A model generated the notes under the pieces. That model made no database searches, was not told where the DNA came from, and saw nothing but the letters and a program-made list of their open reading frames with translations. A stretch of 64,000 nt of DNA, from the NCBI GenBank assembly GCA_027492205.1, contig JAOZFN010000005.1:1-64000 (forward strand), given 5' to 3'. Origin of the DNA: Thermoproteota archaeon. Lineage in GTDB: Archaea; Korarchaeota; Korarchaeia; Korarchaeales; Korarchaeaceae. The first letter of the stretch is position 1; each line of letters begins with the position of its first letter. A program made the position numbers and the translations under genes. Below are positions 48,094 through 56,682 of this stretch, one piece after another.

Positions 48094-49458
48094 TTGCCCG
48101 TACACCCGGTGGAGTATAGATACGGATCGCCTCAGATGCGAGAGATCTTCGATGTCCACAATCGGTACAAATTGATGCTAGAGGTAGAAGCTGCCCTAGC
48201 GAGAGCGGAAGCGGAAGAGGGTCTGATCCCAAGAGAGGCGGCAGAGGCAATTGAATCAGCCGTTCGGGAGGGCAGAGTGAGAGTCGAGAGAATACTCGAA
48301 CTGGAGGGGGAGGTCAAACACGAGACGATGGCGGTCGTGCTGGCTCTTGCCGAAGCCTCCGGGCCTCTGGGGGAATATGCCCACTTCGGAGTGACTTCAA
48401 ACGACATCTTGGACACCGTCTTGGCCCTTCAGATCAAGAGGGCCTGCGGGATAATCCGCGAGAAGCTGGCCAGGCTCACGCTCGAAGTGGTTCGCAGGGG
48501 TCGAGAGACGCTCGACCTGGTCGCGCTCGGGAGGACTCACGGGATGGCAGCCCTCCCAATACCCTTCGGCTTCAAGTTCGCCGTGTGGAGCTCGATCCTC
48601 GTCCGAAACCTGGATAGGCTGGCGGCCGCAGAGGATAGGGCCGCCAGGGGCAAGATAGCCGGAGCCGTGGGCACAATGGCCGGCCTCCAGGGAGTCGGCA
48701 GGAGGATCCAGGAAAGGGTTATGGAGATTCTAGGGCTTGAACCCTCTGAGATATCCACTCAAGTGGTTCCACGCGACTCGCTGGCCGAGCTCATAACCAC
48801 TTTGGCGCTGATCTCGTCGACGCTCGACCTAATGGCCAACGAGGTGAGGAACCTCCAGAGGACGGAGATCGGGGAGGTCGAGGAGCCGTTTGAGGAGCGG
48901 AGACAGGTGGGATCCAGCACGATGCCCCACAAGAGAAACCCCATAATGTCGGAGAAGGTCTGCGGGCTGGCCAGGGTCATGAGGGGGCTCGCGGTGGCCG
49001 CCCTCGAGAACGTGGTCCTGGAGCACGAGAGGGACCTCACGAATAGCTCTACGGAGAGGATAATCGTGCCGGAGGCCTTTCTCCTTCTAGACGAGCAGCT
49101 GGAAACCATGATCAAGGTGGTCTCAGGCCTAAGGATCAGGAGGGAGGCCATCGAGTCAAACCTGAGGAGGGTCGCCAGCCTGATAATGTCAGAGCGGGTC
49201 ATGCTGGAGCTGGCCAGGAAAGGACTCGGTCGGCAGAGGGCCCACGAACTCGTCAGATCCCTGGCGATGCGGGCCATCTCGGAGAAGAAGCAGCTGGCGG
49301 AGGTCCTAAAGGCCTCGCCCGAGGTTACCTCGCTGCTCTCTCTCGAGGAGATAGACGCCCTGATGGAACCCTCTACGTACCTCGGCGAGGGACCCGAGCT
49401 CGCGAGGGCCGCCCTAGACAGGGCAGAGGAGGCGGCCAGGGCGGCGATATCCGGTTGA
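48094..49458 (+). CDS. purB: Adenylosuccinate lyase
   Basis: HFGVTSND, GRTHG, GAVGT, GSSTMPHKRNP, HERDL. Confidence 0.95.
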   Translation: MPVHPVEYRYGSPQMREIFDVHNRYKLMLEVEAALARAEAEEGLIPREAAEAIESAVREGRVRVERILELEGEVKHETMAVVLALAEASGPLGEYAHFGVTSNDILDTVLALQIKRACGIIREKLARLTLEVVRRGRETLDLVALGRTHGMAALPIPFGFKFAVWSSILVRNLDRLAAAEDRAARGKIAGAVGTMAGLQGVGRRIQERVMEILGLEPSEISTQVVPRDSLAELITTLALISSTLDLMANEVRNLQRTEIGEVEEPFEERRQVGSSTMPHKRNPIMSEKVCGLARVMRGLAVAALENVVLEHERDLTNSSTERIIVPEAFLLLDEQLETMIKVVSGLRIRREAIESNLRRVASLIMSERVMLELARKGLGRQRAHELVRSLAMRAISEKKQLAEVLKASPEVTSLLSLEEIDALMEPSTYLGEGPELARAALDRAEEAARAAISG

Positions 49459-50810
49459 CCGGGGGGCGTGGGTTGGAGGGGGACTTCTACCTCAGATTCC
49501 TAGGAGGAGCTAGGGAGGTCGGCCGATCCAGCGTGGAGCTGGGACTCGGGTCTAAGTCTCTGATCCTCGACTCGGGCGTCCATGTCGGCGCGAAGACACC
49601 CGAGGACAGGTATCCCCTCCGGCCCAGAGGGGAGGTGGAGGCGCTGATAGTCACCCACGCCCACCTCGACCACAGCGGGTTCTCACCCGCGCTGGTGAGG
49701 GACACGGGGTGCCCCATCTACAGCACCCCGCCAACCAGAGACGTGTCTGAGCTGCTCCTGGTTGATTTTCTCGCGCTTCAGGAGCAGAGCGGTGAGGATA
49801 AGCCCTACGAGAACGAGGACGTCATGAGGCTGAGGAGCCTAGAGCACCCAGTGAGCTTGAGGTCGCCCTTCGAGATAGGCGACGCCACCATCACGCTCTA
49901 CGATGCAGGCCACGTCTTGGGGAGCGTCATGGTCAGGATAGAGATACCCGACGCGTTTAGCGTTCTCTACACGGGTGACCTGAATCTCGGGGGAACTAGA
50001 ACCCTGTCCGGGGCCGACACGGACATTCCTCCCACGGACTACGTGATAATCGAGTCCACCTACGGTGGGGACGGGGACGCTCACCCAGCGAGGAAGAAGG
50101 TGGAGAGGAAGTTCATCACCGACGTGAGGGAGACCGTGTTGCGAGGGGGCAAGGTGATAATCCCCTGCTTCGCGCTGGGCCGAGCCCAAGAGGTGCTGCT
50201 GACCCTCCTGGCCCACATAGACAGCGGGTCGCTGCCTCCAACTCCGATATTCGTGGACGGCATGATAGTGACGATAAATAGGATCTACTCTCTCTACTGG
50301 AGCTGGCTCAGGCCAGAACTCCAGAGGAAGGTTCGCCTGTCCAAGAGGAGTCCATTTGACCACGAGCTTGTGGAGGAGGTCCGCGACCGGAAGGAGATCT
50401 TGGAGATCACGGAGCCCTACGTAGTGGTAACGACCTCAGGGATGCTCCAGGGAGGGCCGGTGGTAGACTACCTGCGCGGCCTCGCTGGCGACTCGAGGAA
50501 CCTCATCTATCTGACGGGGTATCAGGTCAGGGGGACGAGGGGGAGGGCCCTACTCGAGGGCCAGAGGAGGCTCACCCTCGACGAGGGCGACGAGATAGAG
50601 GTCAAGGCGAGGGTGGAATTTGCGGAGTTCTCGGCACACTCGGATCAGAGCGGCCTAATCGCGTTTCTCTCCCGCATACCCGGTGTTAGGGAGGTGTTCG
50701 TAGTCCACGGAGAGCCGGAGAAGTCCCGCCAACTCAGCATGAAGCTTGAGTCAAAGGGCACCCTCTCCTACGTGCCTCGAGTCGGCGAGCGGGTGACGCT
50801 CAGAGCGTGA
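49455..50810 (+). CDS. MBL-fold beta-CASP ribonuclease (KH-less aCPSF type)
   Basis: LGGAREVGRS, THAHLDH, AGHVLG, YTGD, ESTYG, FSAHSD, VHGE. Confidence 0.9.
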   Translation: MTGGRGLEGDFYLRFLGGAREVGRSSVELGLGSKSLILDSGVHVGAKTPEDRYPLRPRGEVEALIVTHAHLDHSGFSPALVRDTGCPIYSTPPTRDVSELLLVDFLALQEQSGEDKPYENEDVMRLRSLEHPVSLRSPFEIGDATITLYDAGHVLGSVMVRIEIPDAFSVLYTGDLNLGGTRTLSGADTDIPPTDYVIIESTYGGDGDAHPARKKVERKFITDVRETVLRGGKVIIPCFALGRAQEVLLTLLAHIDSGSLPPTPIFVDGMIVTINRIYSLYWSWLRPELQRKVRLSKRSPFDHELVEEVRDRKEILEITEPYVVVTTSGMLQGGPVVDYLRGLAGDSRNLIYLTGYQVRGTRGRALLEGQRRLTLDEGDEIEVKARVEFAEFSAHSDQSGLIAFLSRIPGVREVFVVHGEPEKSRQLSMKLESKGTLSYVPRVGERVTLRA

Positions 50811-50909
50811 TCTGACGTCGGTATTACGTGCGCGCAGCCACCTAATTATTCCACCGCCGTTAGGTCCATCCTGGAGGGGCCCCTCACCCATCGACAGGGG
50901 GAGCCGGCT

Positions 50910-51563
50910 TTGTTCGGGGAAGCTGTCAGGAAGCTGTTAAACTTCTTGCTCGGATCGCAGGAGAGGCAGAAGGTAGCCTTGGGAATCTACGGTCCGGTGA
51001 ACTCCGGCAAGACAACCCTCGCCAACCGCATGACCAGGGATTTCACTGGGAAAGACCTCGGATCGGTCAGCAAGGTTCCACACGAGACTCGGACCATTCA
51101 GATAGCCAAGGGGGTCAGAGCGAGGCTCCAGGGCAACGGAGGCAAGGCGATAGTAATGGACATAATCGACACCCCGGGCATTGCCACCCACATCAGCTAC
51201 AGAACCTTCCTGAGGTTCGGCTTCACGAAGGACGAGGCCATAAGGAGAGCAGAAGAGGCCGCACGCGGCGTTGTTGAGGCCATAAAGTCGCTTGACAACG
51301 TAGATGTGGCCCTAATAGTCCTAGACTCAGCCAAAGATCCTCTGAGCCAGGTGAACCTCCTGCTCCTGAGTCACGTCGAGGCGAAGGGAATTCCGCACAT
51401 ACTCGTGGCGAACAAGATCGATCTCCCCTACGCCCGACCCTGGAAGGTGGCCGAGTCCTATCCCGATAAGATATCCGTTCCGGTGTCGGCCCTGAGGGGA
51501 ACGCACATAGACATGCTGTACAGGAAAATCTACGAGCTGGTTAGCAGAGGTGAGGGCTCTTGA
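50910..51563 (+). CDS. Era-like GTPase (OapA-like)
   Basis: GIYGPVNSGKTTLANR, PHETR, DTPGIAT, EAARGVVEAIK, ANKID. Confidence 0.88.
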   Translation: MFGEAVRKLLNFLLGSQERQKVALGIYGPVNSGKTTLANRMTRDFTGKDLGSVSKVPHETRTIQIAKGVRARLQGNGGKAIVMDIIDTPGIATHISYRTFLRFGFTKDEAIRRAEEAARGVVEAIKSLDNVDVALIVLDSAKDPLSQVNLLLLSHVEAKGIPHILVANKIDLPYARPWKVAESYPDKISVPVSALRGTHIDMLYRKIYELVSRGEGS

Positions 51564-51847
51564 GATCAAAAGCGAGAAGAGAGGTGCTTGTCCTCAGCGA
51601 AATGCCCCGAGGAGGGCGCGCCCGCGAGATCCTCCAGGAAGTACTCAAAAACAGAAGGACGCTGGTCATAGTCAGGCCCAACATGGCGGAGATGCTCTCG
51701 CTGATTCAGGAGGCCCTCCTACACGGAGATGGGCATGACGGACTGGGGATCAAGGTAGAGACCCTGGGGCGGGAGGGACCGATGGTAATCGCTCCCGGGG
51801 AAGTGGTCCTCAAGAAGAGGAGAGATACCATCACCATGACGCTGTGA
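51560..51847 (+). CDS. Small protein, OapB/DUF2073-like by position
   Basis: Translationally coupled to the GTPase; GI.VETL, MVIAP...LKK. Confidence 0.55.
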   Translation: MRSKARREVLVLSEMPRGGRAREILQEVLKNRRTLVIVRPNMAEMLSLIQEALLHGDGHDGLGIKVETLGREGPMVIAPGEVVLKKRRDTITMTL

Positions 51848-51848
51848 G

Positions 51849-52208
51849 GTGACCTCGGTGGGATACACCCTGATCTTGGTATGCCCTTGGTGCGGATACT
51901 CCGAGACGTTCGATCCGGAGGACTCTCCGCCGGAGAGGTGCCCAGCTTGCGGCTCGAGCGAGATCTTAATCATGGCGTACCGCAGCTTGGTGCACGACTC
52001 CAGGGCCGCGAAGGGAGGGGATTCTAAGAGGAAGAGGTTCCGTGTCCCGATTGCGACAAAAATGAAGCCCGTGGCTCCAATATTTCAGCTTGAGCCGGGA
52101 ATCTTCAGGGTTGACCTAGAGAGGTTGTTTGAGGCGCCGGTCGAGCTGGCCGAGGAGGGGGTCGGGAGGTTCAGACTGCTCACGGGCGAGACGGGAGACG
52201 GACGCTAA
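51849..52208 (+). CDS. Zn-ribbon protein (OapC/DUF2072-like)
   Basis: CPWCG...CPACG; EPGIFRVDLERLF C-terminus. Confidence 0.7.
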   Translation: MTSVGYTLILVCPWCGYSETFDPEDSPPERCPACGSSEILIMAYRSLVHDSRAAKGGDSKRKRFRVPIATKMKPVAPIFQLEPGIFRVDLERLFEAPVELAEEGVGRFRLLTGETGDGR

Positions 52209-52210
52209 GG

Positions 52211-52993
52211 TCAATCCACCAGCTTCCTGGATGTTACGACAAACCCGGTGTGGGCGATCATTCTGGACGCTGGACGGGTTCTCTGCTCGTTTACCTCATA
52301 ACCCCGAACTAGAACCTCGACCACCTCAATGTGTCCGAAGCCCCCATCCCTGGCGGCCACCGCGAACTTCTTGATCTGCTCGCAAGAGGGGACGAAGACG
52401 GCCAGCGGGGCGCCGGGCTTCAGAACTTCCCTGGCCGCCGGAAGCACCTCCCACGGCGCCGCCATGTCCAAGAACATCGCGTCGACGTCCCTTTCGGCGA
52501 TGTCGGTTCTGAGGTCCCCCAACTTCAGCTCCACATTCCTGACCCCCAACCTCCTCAAGTTCTCCTTGGCCATCTCGTGGAACTTCGGATTCACCTCATA
52601 GCTGACGACCTTTCCCGTAGGTCCAACCGACAGCGAGAGAGCGTACGCGAGCGATCCAGACCCCGTTCCACCCTCAACTACTAGGTCGCCAGGCCTCACC
52701 CCGCTCTTGATGATCATGTAGGCGGCGTCCTTGGGGTAGATGATCTGCGTCTTCCTACCGAGCTTCTCCATGATGTCGGCAGTGGTCGGGCGGAACACCC
52801 TCGCGATTCCCTTCTTGACCTCCACGGAGCATCCCCAGCGACGGCCGATCAGCTCCCCTAGGTCGACGGGACCCAGGTGCGTGTGGAATACCTTCCCTCT
52901 CTCTACCCTCACCAGATACTTCTTGGGACCCTTCCTCCTTCTCTCGAATACGAGGAGGGCGAGGTCTCCCTCCGATATTTCAACGGCCATCAA
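52211..52993 (-). CDS. trmI: tRNA (adenine-57/58-N1)-methyltransferase
   Basis: FHTHLG, TQIIYPKD, EGGTGSG, FLDM..PW, RP..RMIAHTGF. Confidence 0.95.
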   Translation of the reverse strand: MMAVEISEGDLALLVFERRRKGPKKYLVRVERGKVFHTHLGPVDLGELIGRRWGCSVEVKKGIARVFRPTTADIMEKLGRKTQIIYPKDAAYMIIKSGVRPGDLVVEGGTGSGSLAYALSLSVGPTGKVVSYEVNPKFHEMAKENLRRLGVRNVELKLGDLRTDIAERDVDAMFLDMAAPWEVLPAAREVLKPGAPLAVFVPSCEQIKKFAVAARDGGFGHIEVVEVLVRGYEVNEQRTRPASRMIAHTGFVVTSRKLVD

Positions 52994-53027
52994 GGGAGGA
53001 CGTGAACTTCGCAGTCAAAAAGCGTGA

Positions 53028-53164
53028 CCTGAGCCCTCCATCGTCAGGAGACGAACCTCCCGCAGCCGCTAGGCCAAACTAAGCAGCGCCTCGAACACCA
53101 GACCAGCGATCCACCTTGGACGATCTGTGTGATCTCCCACCGCCCTCGGTCGAGCCGAACTCAG
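53028..53164. other. Structured intergenic element flanked by 7-bp direct repeats
   Basis: AGCGTGA at 53021-53027 and 53165-53171; ends CTGAG/CTCAG; several hairpins. Confidence 0.35.
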
Positions 53165-53267
53165 AGCGTGAATCTTTTTATTTGGGGCCGTATAGTAACG
53201 TCGTCCCGCCCATATGGGCGGCGTCTCCCGGGCTTAAACGTCCAAAAAGTGTGCCCGGTGGGGGAAA

Positions 53268-53504
53268 TTGAGGATAATACTGAACGCACACCTGAAGATT
53301 CTCCGGCGACTGGCTTACGCCGGTGACGAAGGTGTTGTCGCCTCTGAACTAATCCCAAGCAGGGTGGACAGGGAGCAAGTCCTGGGCTTCTTGTCAGAGA
53401 TGGGTTGGATCGCACGGCAGAGGAGGTTCAGAGGGGAACGAGTCTTCATCACCAAAAAGGGACTTCTTTTCCTTGAGAACCACGGCGACGGCTACGACGC
53501 ATAA
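53268..53504 (+). CDS. Small winged-helix protein
   Basis: LKILRRL...LSEMGWI...VFITKKGLLFL wHTH pattern. Confidence 0.6.
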   Translation: MRIILNAHLKILRRLAYAGDEGVVASELIPSRVDREQVLGFLSEMGWIARQRRFRGERVFITKKGLLFLENHGDGYDA

Positions 53505-53557
53505 CCCCCCGCCCCTCTTCATTTATTTTCCCCGGAGTTCCATCGCTAGGAATCCGC

Positions 53558-55324
53558 ATGCTGGGAGACTTAAGAGTGAGGGCATCCGACGCTTCAGCTA
53601 GGCTCGCTGAGCTCGAGACGAAGAGCGGAAAGCTCAGACTCCCCGCATTCCTACCAGTGTACAATCCCAACAAGCCCTACGTCTCGCCCTCGGAGATGAG
53701 GAGGGTGGGCGCCCAGGCGATATTCACGAACTCCTACATAATATGGAGGACCCCGCGCCTGAGAGAGGTAGCCCTGGAGCGGGGCGTCCACGGCCTGCTT
53801 GGATTCGACGGCATAGTATTCACGGACTCGGGTGCCTACCAGATCTACAGGTTCGGCGGGATAGAGGCCACCAACCTAGACATGCTCAGGTTCCAGCACG
53901 CCATAGGATCGGACGTCGCGTCAATAGTGGACGTTCCCATGGCATCCCACCTCCCCAGGAGGGAAGCCCTCGATGGCGTGAGGATGACCGTCCGCAGCGC
54001 GAGGGAGTGGAGAGAGCACAGGGACGAACTCCAAGGCACCCTCTGGATTGGAACCCCGCAGGGATCCACCCATTGGGACCTGATAGGGTACACCGCCAGG
54101 GAGATGGCCGCCCTGGGGTTCGACTACTACGGCGCCGGCTCTCTTAAGGTGGCCCTGGAGACCTACGACTTCAAGGTCCAGGTCGATCTCCTCCTCGCAA
54201 TCAGAAGGTGGCTCCCGGCTGGTAGGCCGATACACTTCTGGGGGGTTGGCCTCCCATCGGCGCTGGCCCTGTTCACAGCGCTGGGGGCGGACAGCTTTGA
54301 TTCAGCCTCTTACGCCCTGTTCGCGGAGAGTGGGCGGTACATGACCCCACACGGGACCCTCCTCTTAGACGAGCTTGAAGAGTTTCCCTGCGATTGCCCC
54401 GTCTGCTCGAACTGGACCCCCAGGGAGATAAAATCCCTCCCCAAGGCGGAGAGGGTCTCGTTGCTATCAAAGCACAACCTCCACGTCCTGCTGAGCGAGA
54501 TGAGGCTGATCAGAGAGGCAATAAGGGGCCAGTGGCTGTGGGAACTCGTTCAGGAGAGGGTGAGAGCCCACCCGCGCCTCTTAGAGGCCCTCCAGTGGGC
54601 ACTCTCGAAGTACCGGGACATCCTGGAGGAGAGGGAGCCGTTCACCAAATTCCACGGCCTCTTCTACTCCGGGCCCGAGTCCGAGCACAGACCCGAGGTC
54701 ATTCGAGCTAAGAAGGCTTTGAAGAGGGTTTCCGCGGGAGGTCGGGTCTTCGAGCACCCTATTTTTGGCAAGGTGCCCATCGGCCTCAGATACACGTACC
54801 CATTCGGACAGTCCATTGTCCCGGGTTGGACCGAGCCCTCGGCGTCCCCCAGTGACTCGGAACTGATCTCAGCCATTCTCCAGTATCAGTTCGGCGTTAA
54901 AGCACCGGCAGCCTTTCGATCTCTTCGGCTCACTCGGTCGAGGGCGACTGGAATGCCCCGCGATGTGTACGACGGAGAGACTAGGGTGGGTAGCATAAGG
55001 CCGGCTGACGGCATGTTCGTCCCCTCTTTAGAAGGAGCGATCAGGCTGATCAAGGCCCTCCCGTGGCCAAAGGGGAGGGTTGTGGTGAGGGACGAGTACG
55101 CCGATAGGGTGGCCAGGGGCACGACGGTGTTCGTGAAGTTCGTCAAGGAGGTTGATCCGGAGATAAGGCCCGGAAGCGAGGTTATAGTCGTAGACGGCAG
55201 CGACAACGTTCTGGCCGTTGGAAAAGCCATCCTATCTGCGGCTGAGTACAGATCATTCCGCAGACATCAGTTCATCCGTCTGAGGCATCACTCCCTCCCA
55301 AGAGAGACCTCGGGGGAGGGTTGA
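53558..55324 (+). CDS. tgtA: tRNA-guanine(15) transglycosylase (archaeosine) with PUA domain
   Basis: TNSYII, TDSGAYQ, DSFDSASY, CDCPVC, HNL, C-terminal PUA. Confidence 0.94.
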   Translation: MLGDLRVRASDASARLAELETKSGKLRLPAFLPVYNPNKPYVSPSEMRRVGAQAIFTNSYIIWRTPRLREVALERGVHGLLGFDGIVFTDSGAYQIYRFGGIEATNLDMLRFQHAIGSDVASIVDVPMASHLPRREALDGVRMTVRSAREWREHRDELQGTLWIGTPQGSTHWDLIGYTAREMAALGFDYYGAGSLKVALETYDFKVQVDLLLAIRRWLPAGRPIHFWGVGLPSALALFTALGADSFDSASYALFAESGRYMTPHGTLLLDELEEFPCDCPVCSNWTPREIKSLPKAERVSLLSKHNLHVLLSEMRLIREAIRGQWLWELVQERVRAHPRLLEALQWALSKYRDILEEREPFTKFHGLFYSGPESEHRPEVIRAKKALKRVSAGGRVFEHPIFGKVPIGLRYTYPFGQSIVPGWTEPSASPSDSELISAILQYQFGVKAPAAFRSLRLTRSRATGMPRDVYDGETRVGSIRPADGMFVPSLEGAIRLIKALPWPKGRVVVRDEYADRVARGTTVFVKFVKEVDPEIRPGSEVIVVDGSDNVLAVGKAILSAAEYRSFRRHQFIRLRHHSLPRETSGEG

Positions 55325-56120
55325 GGAGCGAGTTATAGATGTAGCACTCCCCGGGTTCAACCCTCAAATCATCCCCCCCGCGGCCGGGATCCGGCTCAAC
55401 CCCCTCCCAATCGATCAGGGCGAAGGGGGTCTTCTCGGCCGACTCTCCCATTACCAGCGCCGCCGAGGCCGCCAGACTGTCGGCCACGTTTACGACCGTG
55501 AACCTGAGAGGCTTCCCGTAGATGTCCGGTTTTCCCCTAAGGTCCCGAAGGGGCTTCAGCCCCCACACGCCCAGCGCTACCCCTATGACCCCCCTCCTGA
55601 ACAGCGTGAGCCTGCTGTCCACGATGATCGCCCCCACAGCCACACCCCGGCGGTCTAGGAACCACTCAACTATCCTCCTGGCCTCCCCGTCCGGATCGAC
55701 GGGATGGAGAACCACGTAGCCCGGAGGTGAGTTAGATCGATCGATACCGGCCGAGCCCACCGGTATTCCGTTCTTGTAGGTGAACAGGTACCCTCTGTAC
55801 CCGCCCAAGAGAAGGTCCGCCTCTTCGAGAACGGCGGAAGTCTTCCAGGGTTCCGCCCCGTAGTGTTCAGCGATCCGCTTAGCTAGGTCGCTAACCTCAG
55901 ACCACCGGCTGATGGGGACCACCCTCCCCTGACTGTAGGAGACGACCTTGCTGGCTACCGCTATTACCTCCCCGTCCGAGAGGTGGATGCCCCTGTAATC
56001 GAGTTCCTGGTCGAGTCGGGCCAAGTAGTCCTCTCCGATTCCGATTGGGGGATCTACCGGACCTATCGGTCGAACCCTCAGCACTCCAGTCCCCCCTGAT
56101 GCCCACACGGCTCGAAGCAC
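55272..56120 (-). CDS. cofE: Coenzyme F420-0:L-glutamate ligase-like protein
   Basis: ASKVVS..QGR, AGIDRSN, P.DPD, DLRGKPDIYG, ADSLAASA.LVMGE; start uncertain. Confidence 0.88.
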   Translation of the reverse strand: MLRAVWASGGTGVLRVRPIGPVDPPIGIGEDYLARLDQELDYRGIHLSDGEVIAVASKVVSYSQGRVVPISRWSEVSDLAKRIAEHYGAEPWKTSAVLEEADLLLGGYRGYLFTYKNGIPVGSAGIDRSNSPPGYVVLHPVDPDGEARRIVEWFLDRRGVAVGAIIVDSRLTLFRRGVIGVALGVWGLKPLRDLRGKPDIYGKPLRFTVVNVADSLAASAALVMGESAEKTPFALIDWEGVEPDPGRGGDDLRVEPGECYIYNSLLNPPPRSLLGGSDASDG

Positions 56121-56650
56121 CTCTCGAGCAGCTCTACGGCCTCTGCCCTCCTCCCTTCATCGACTCTAACCACCACAGCCCCCCGCCCTGGCTGCCCGTA
56201 GACTACCGCCGCGTCCGTGGGTGAGAGGATAACCGCGGGGAAGCCCAGCAGATCCTCCTCTCCATCGACCAATACGGTGACCCTCTCCCCCCCGATCGCG
56301 GAGGCAATCGCGTCCTTCACGGACCTCCAGGCCTCTCTGGTTATCGTGCCCGCGGGATTTCCTGTCTCAATGACCCTCCTCCCCAGAAGGAGGGCTGGCA
56401 AGTCGACCTTCTCCCTCTTCTCCATCATGTCCACTATGGCCACGTCGGGTTCAACCCCCGCCTCTACCATGCTCGCCGAGACCCTGTCACCAACGGCCAC
56501 GATGAGACTGCAGCCTCTGAATACCTCGGCCCCCAGAGACCCCCGCAACGGGCCTCTGGGTTTGGCCAATATAGCCCTGCACTCGTCTCTGAGCCTGACG
56601 TCGACGATGAGCTCATCTCCCTTTAGCAACATCTCCGTTACGGCCGCCAC
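56078..56650 (-). CDS. GTP-dependent dephospho-CoA kinase (DUF359)
   Basis: AVGD, NPAGTIT, VDGEEDLL, YGQPG. Confidence 0.9.
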   Translation of the reverse strand: MAAVTEMLLKGDELIVDVRLRDECRAILAKPRGPLRGSLGAEVFRGCSLIVAVGDRVSASMVEAGVEPDVAIVDMMEKREKVDLPALLLGRRVIETGNPAGTITREAWRSVKDAIASAIGGERVTVLVDGEEDLLGFPAVILSPTDAAVVYGQPGRGAVVVRVDEGRRAEAVELLERCFEPCGHQGGLEC

Positions 56651-56682
56651 CTGAATATAATCCAGGAGGGCGCTCCACCCGG

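Noticed and set aside
50811-50909. Replication origin upstream of the oap-like cluster
   Set aside because: Short, GC-rich, with no ORB repeats or AT-rich unwinding element
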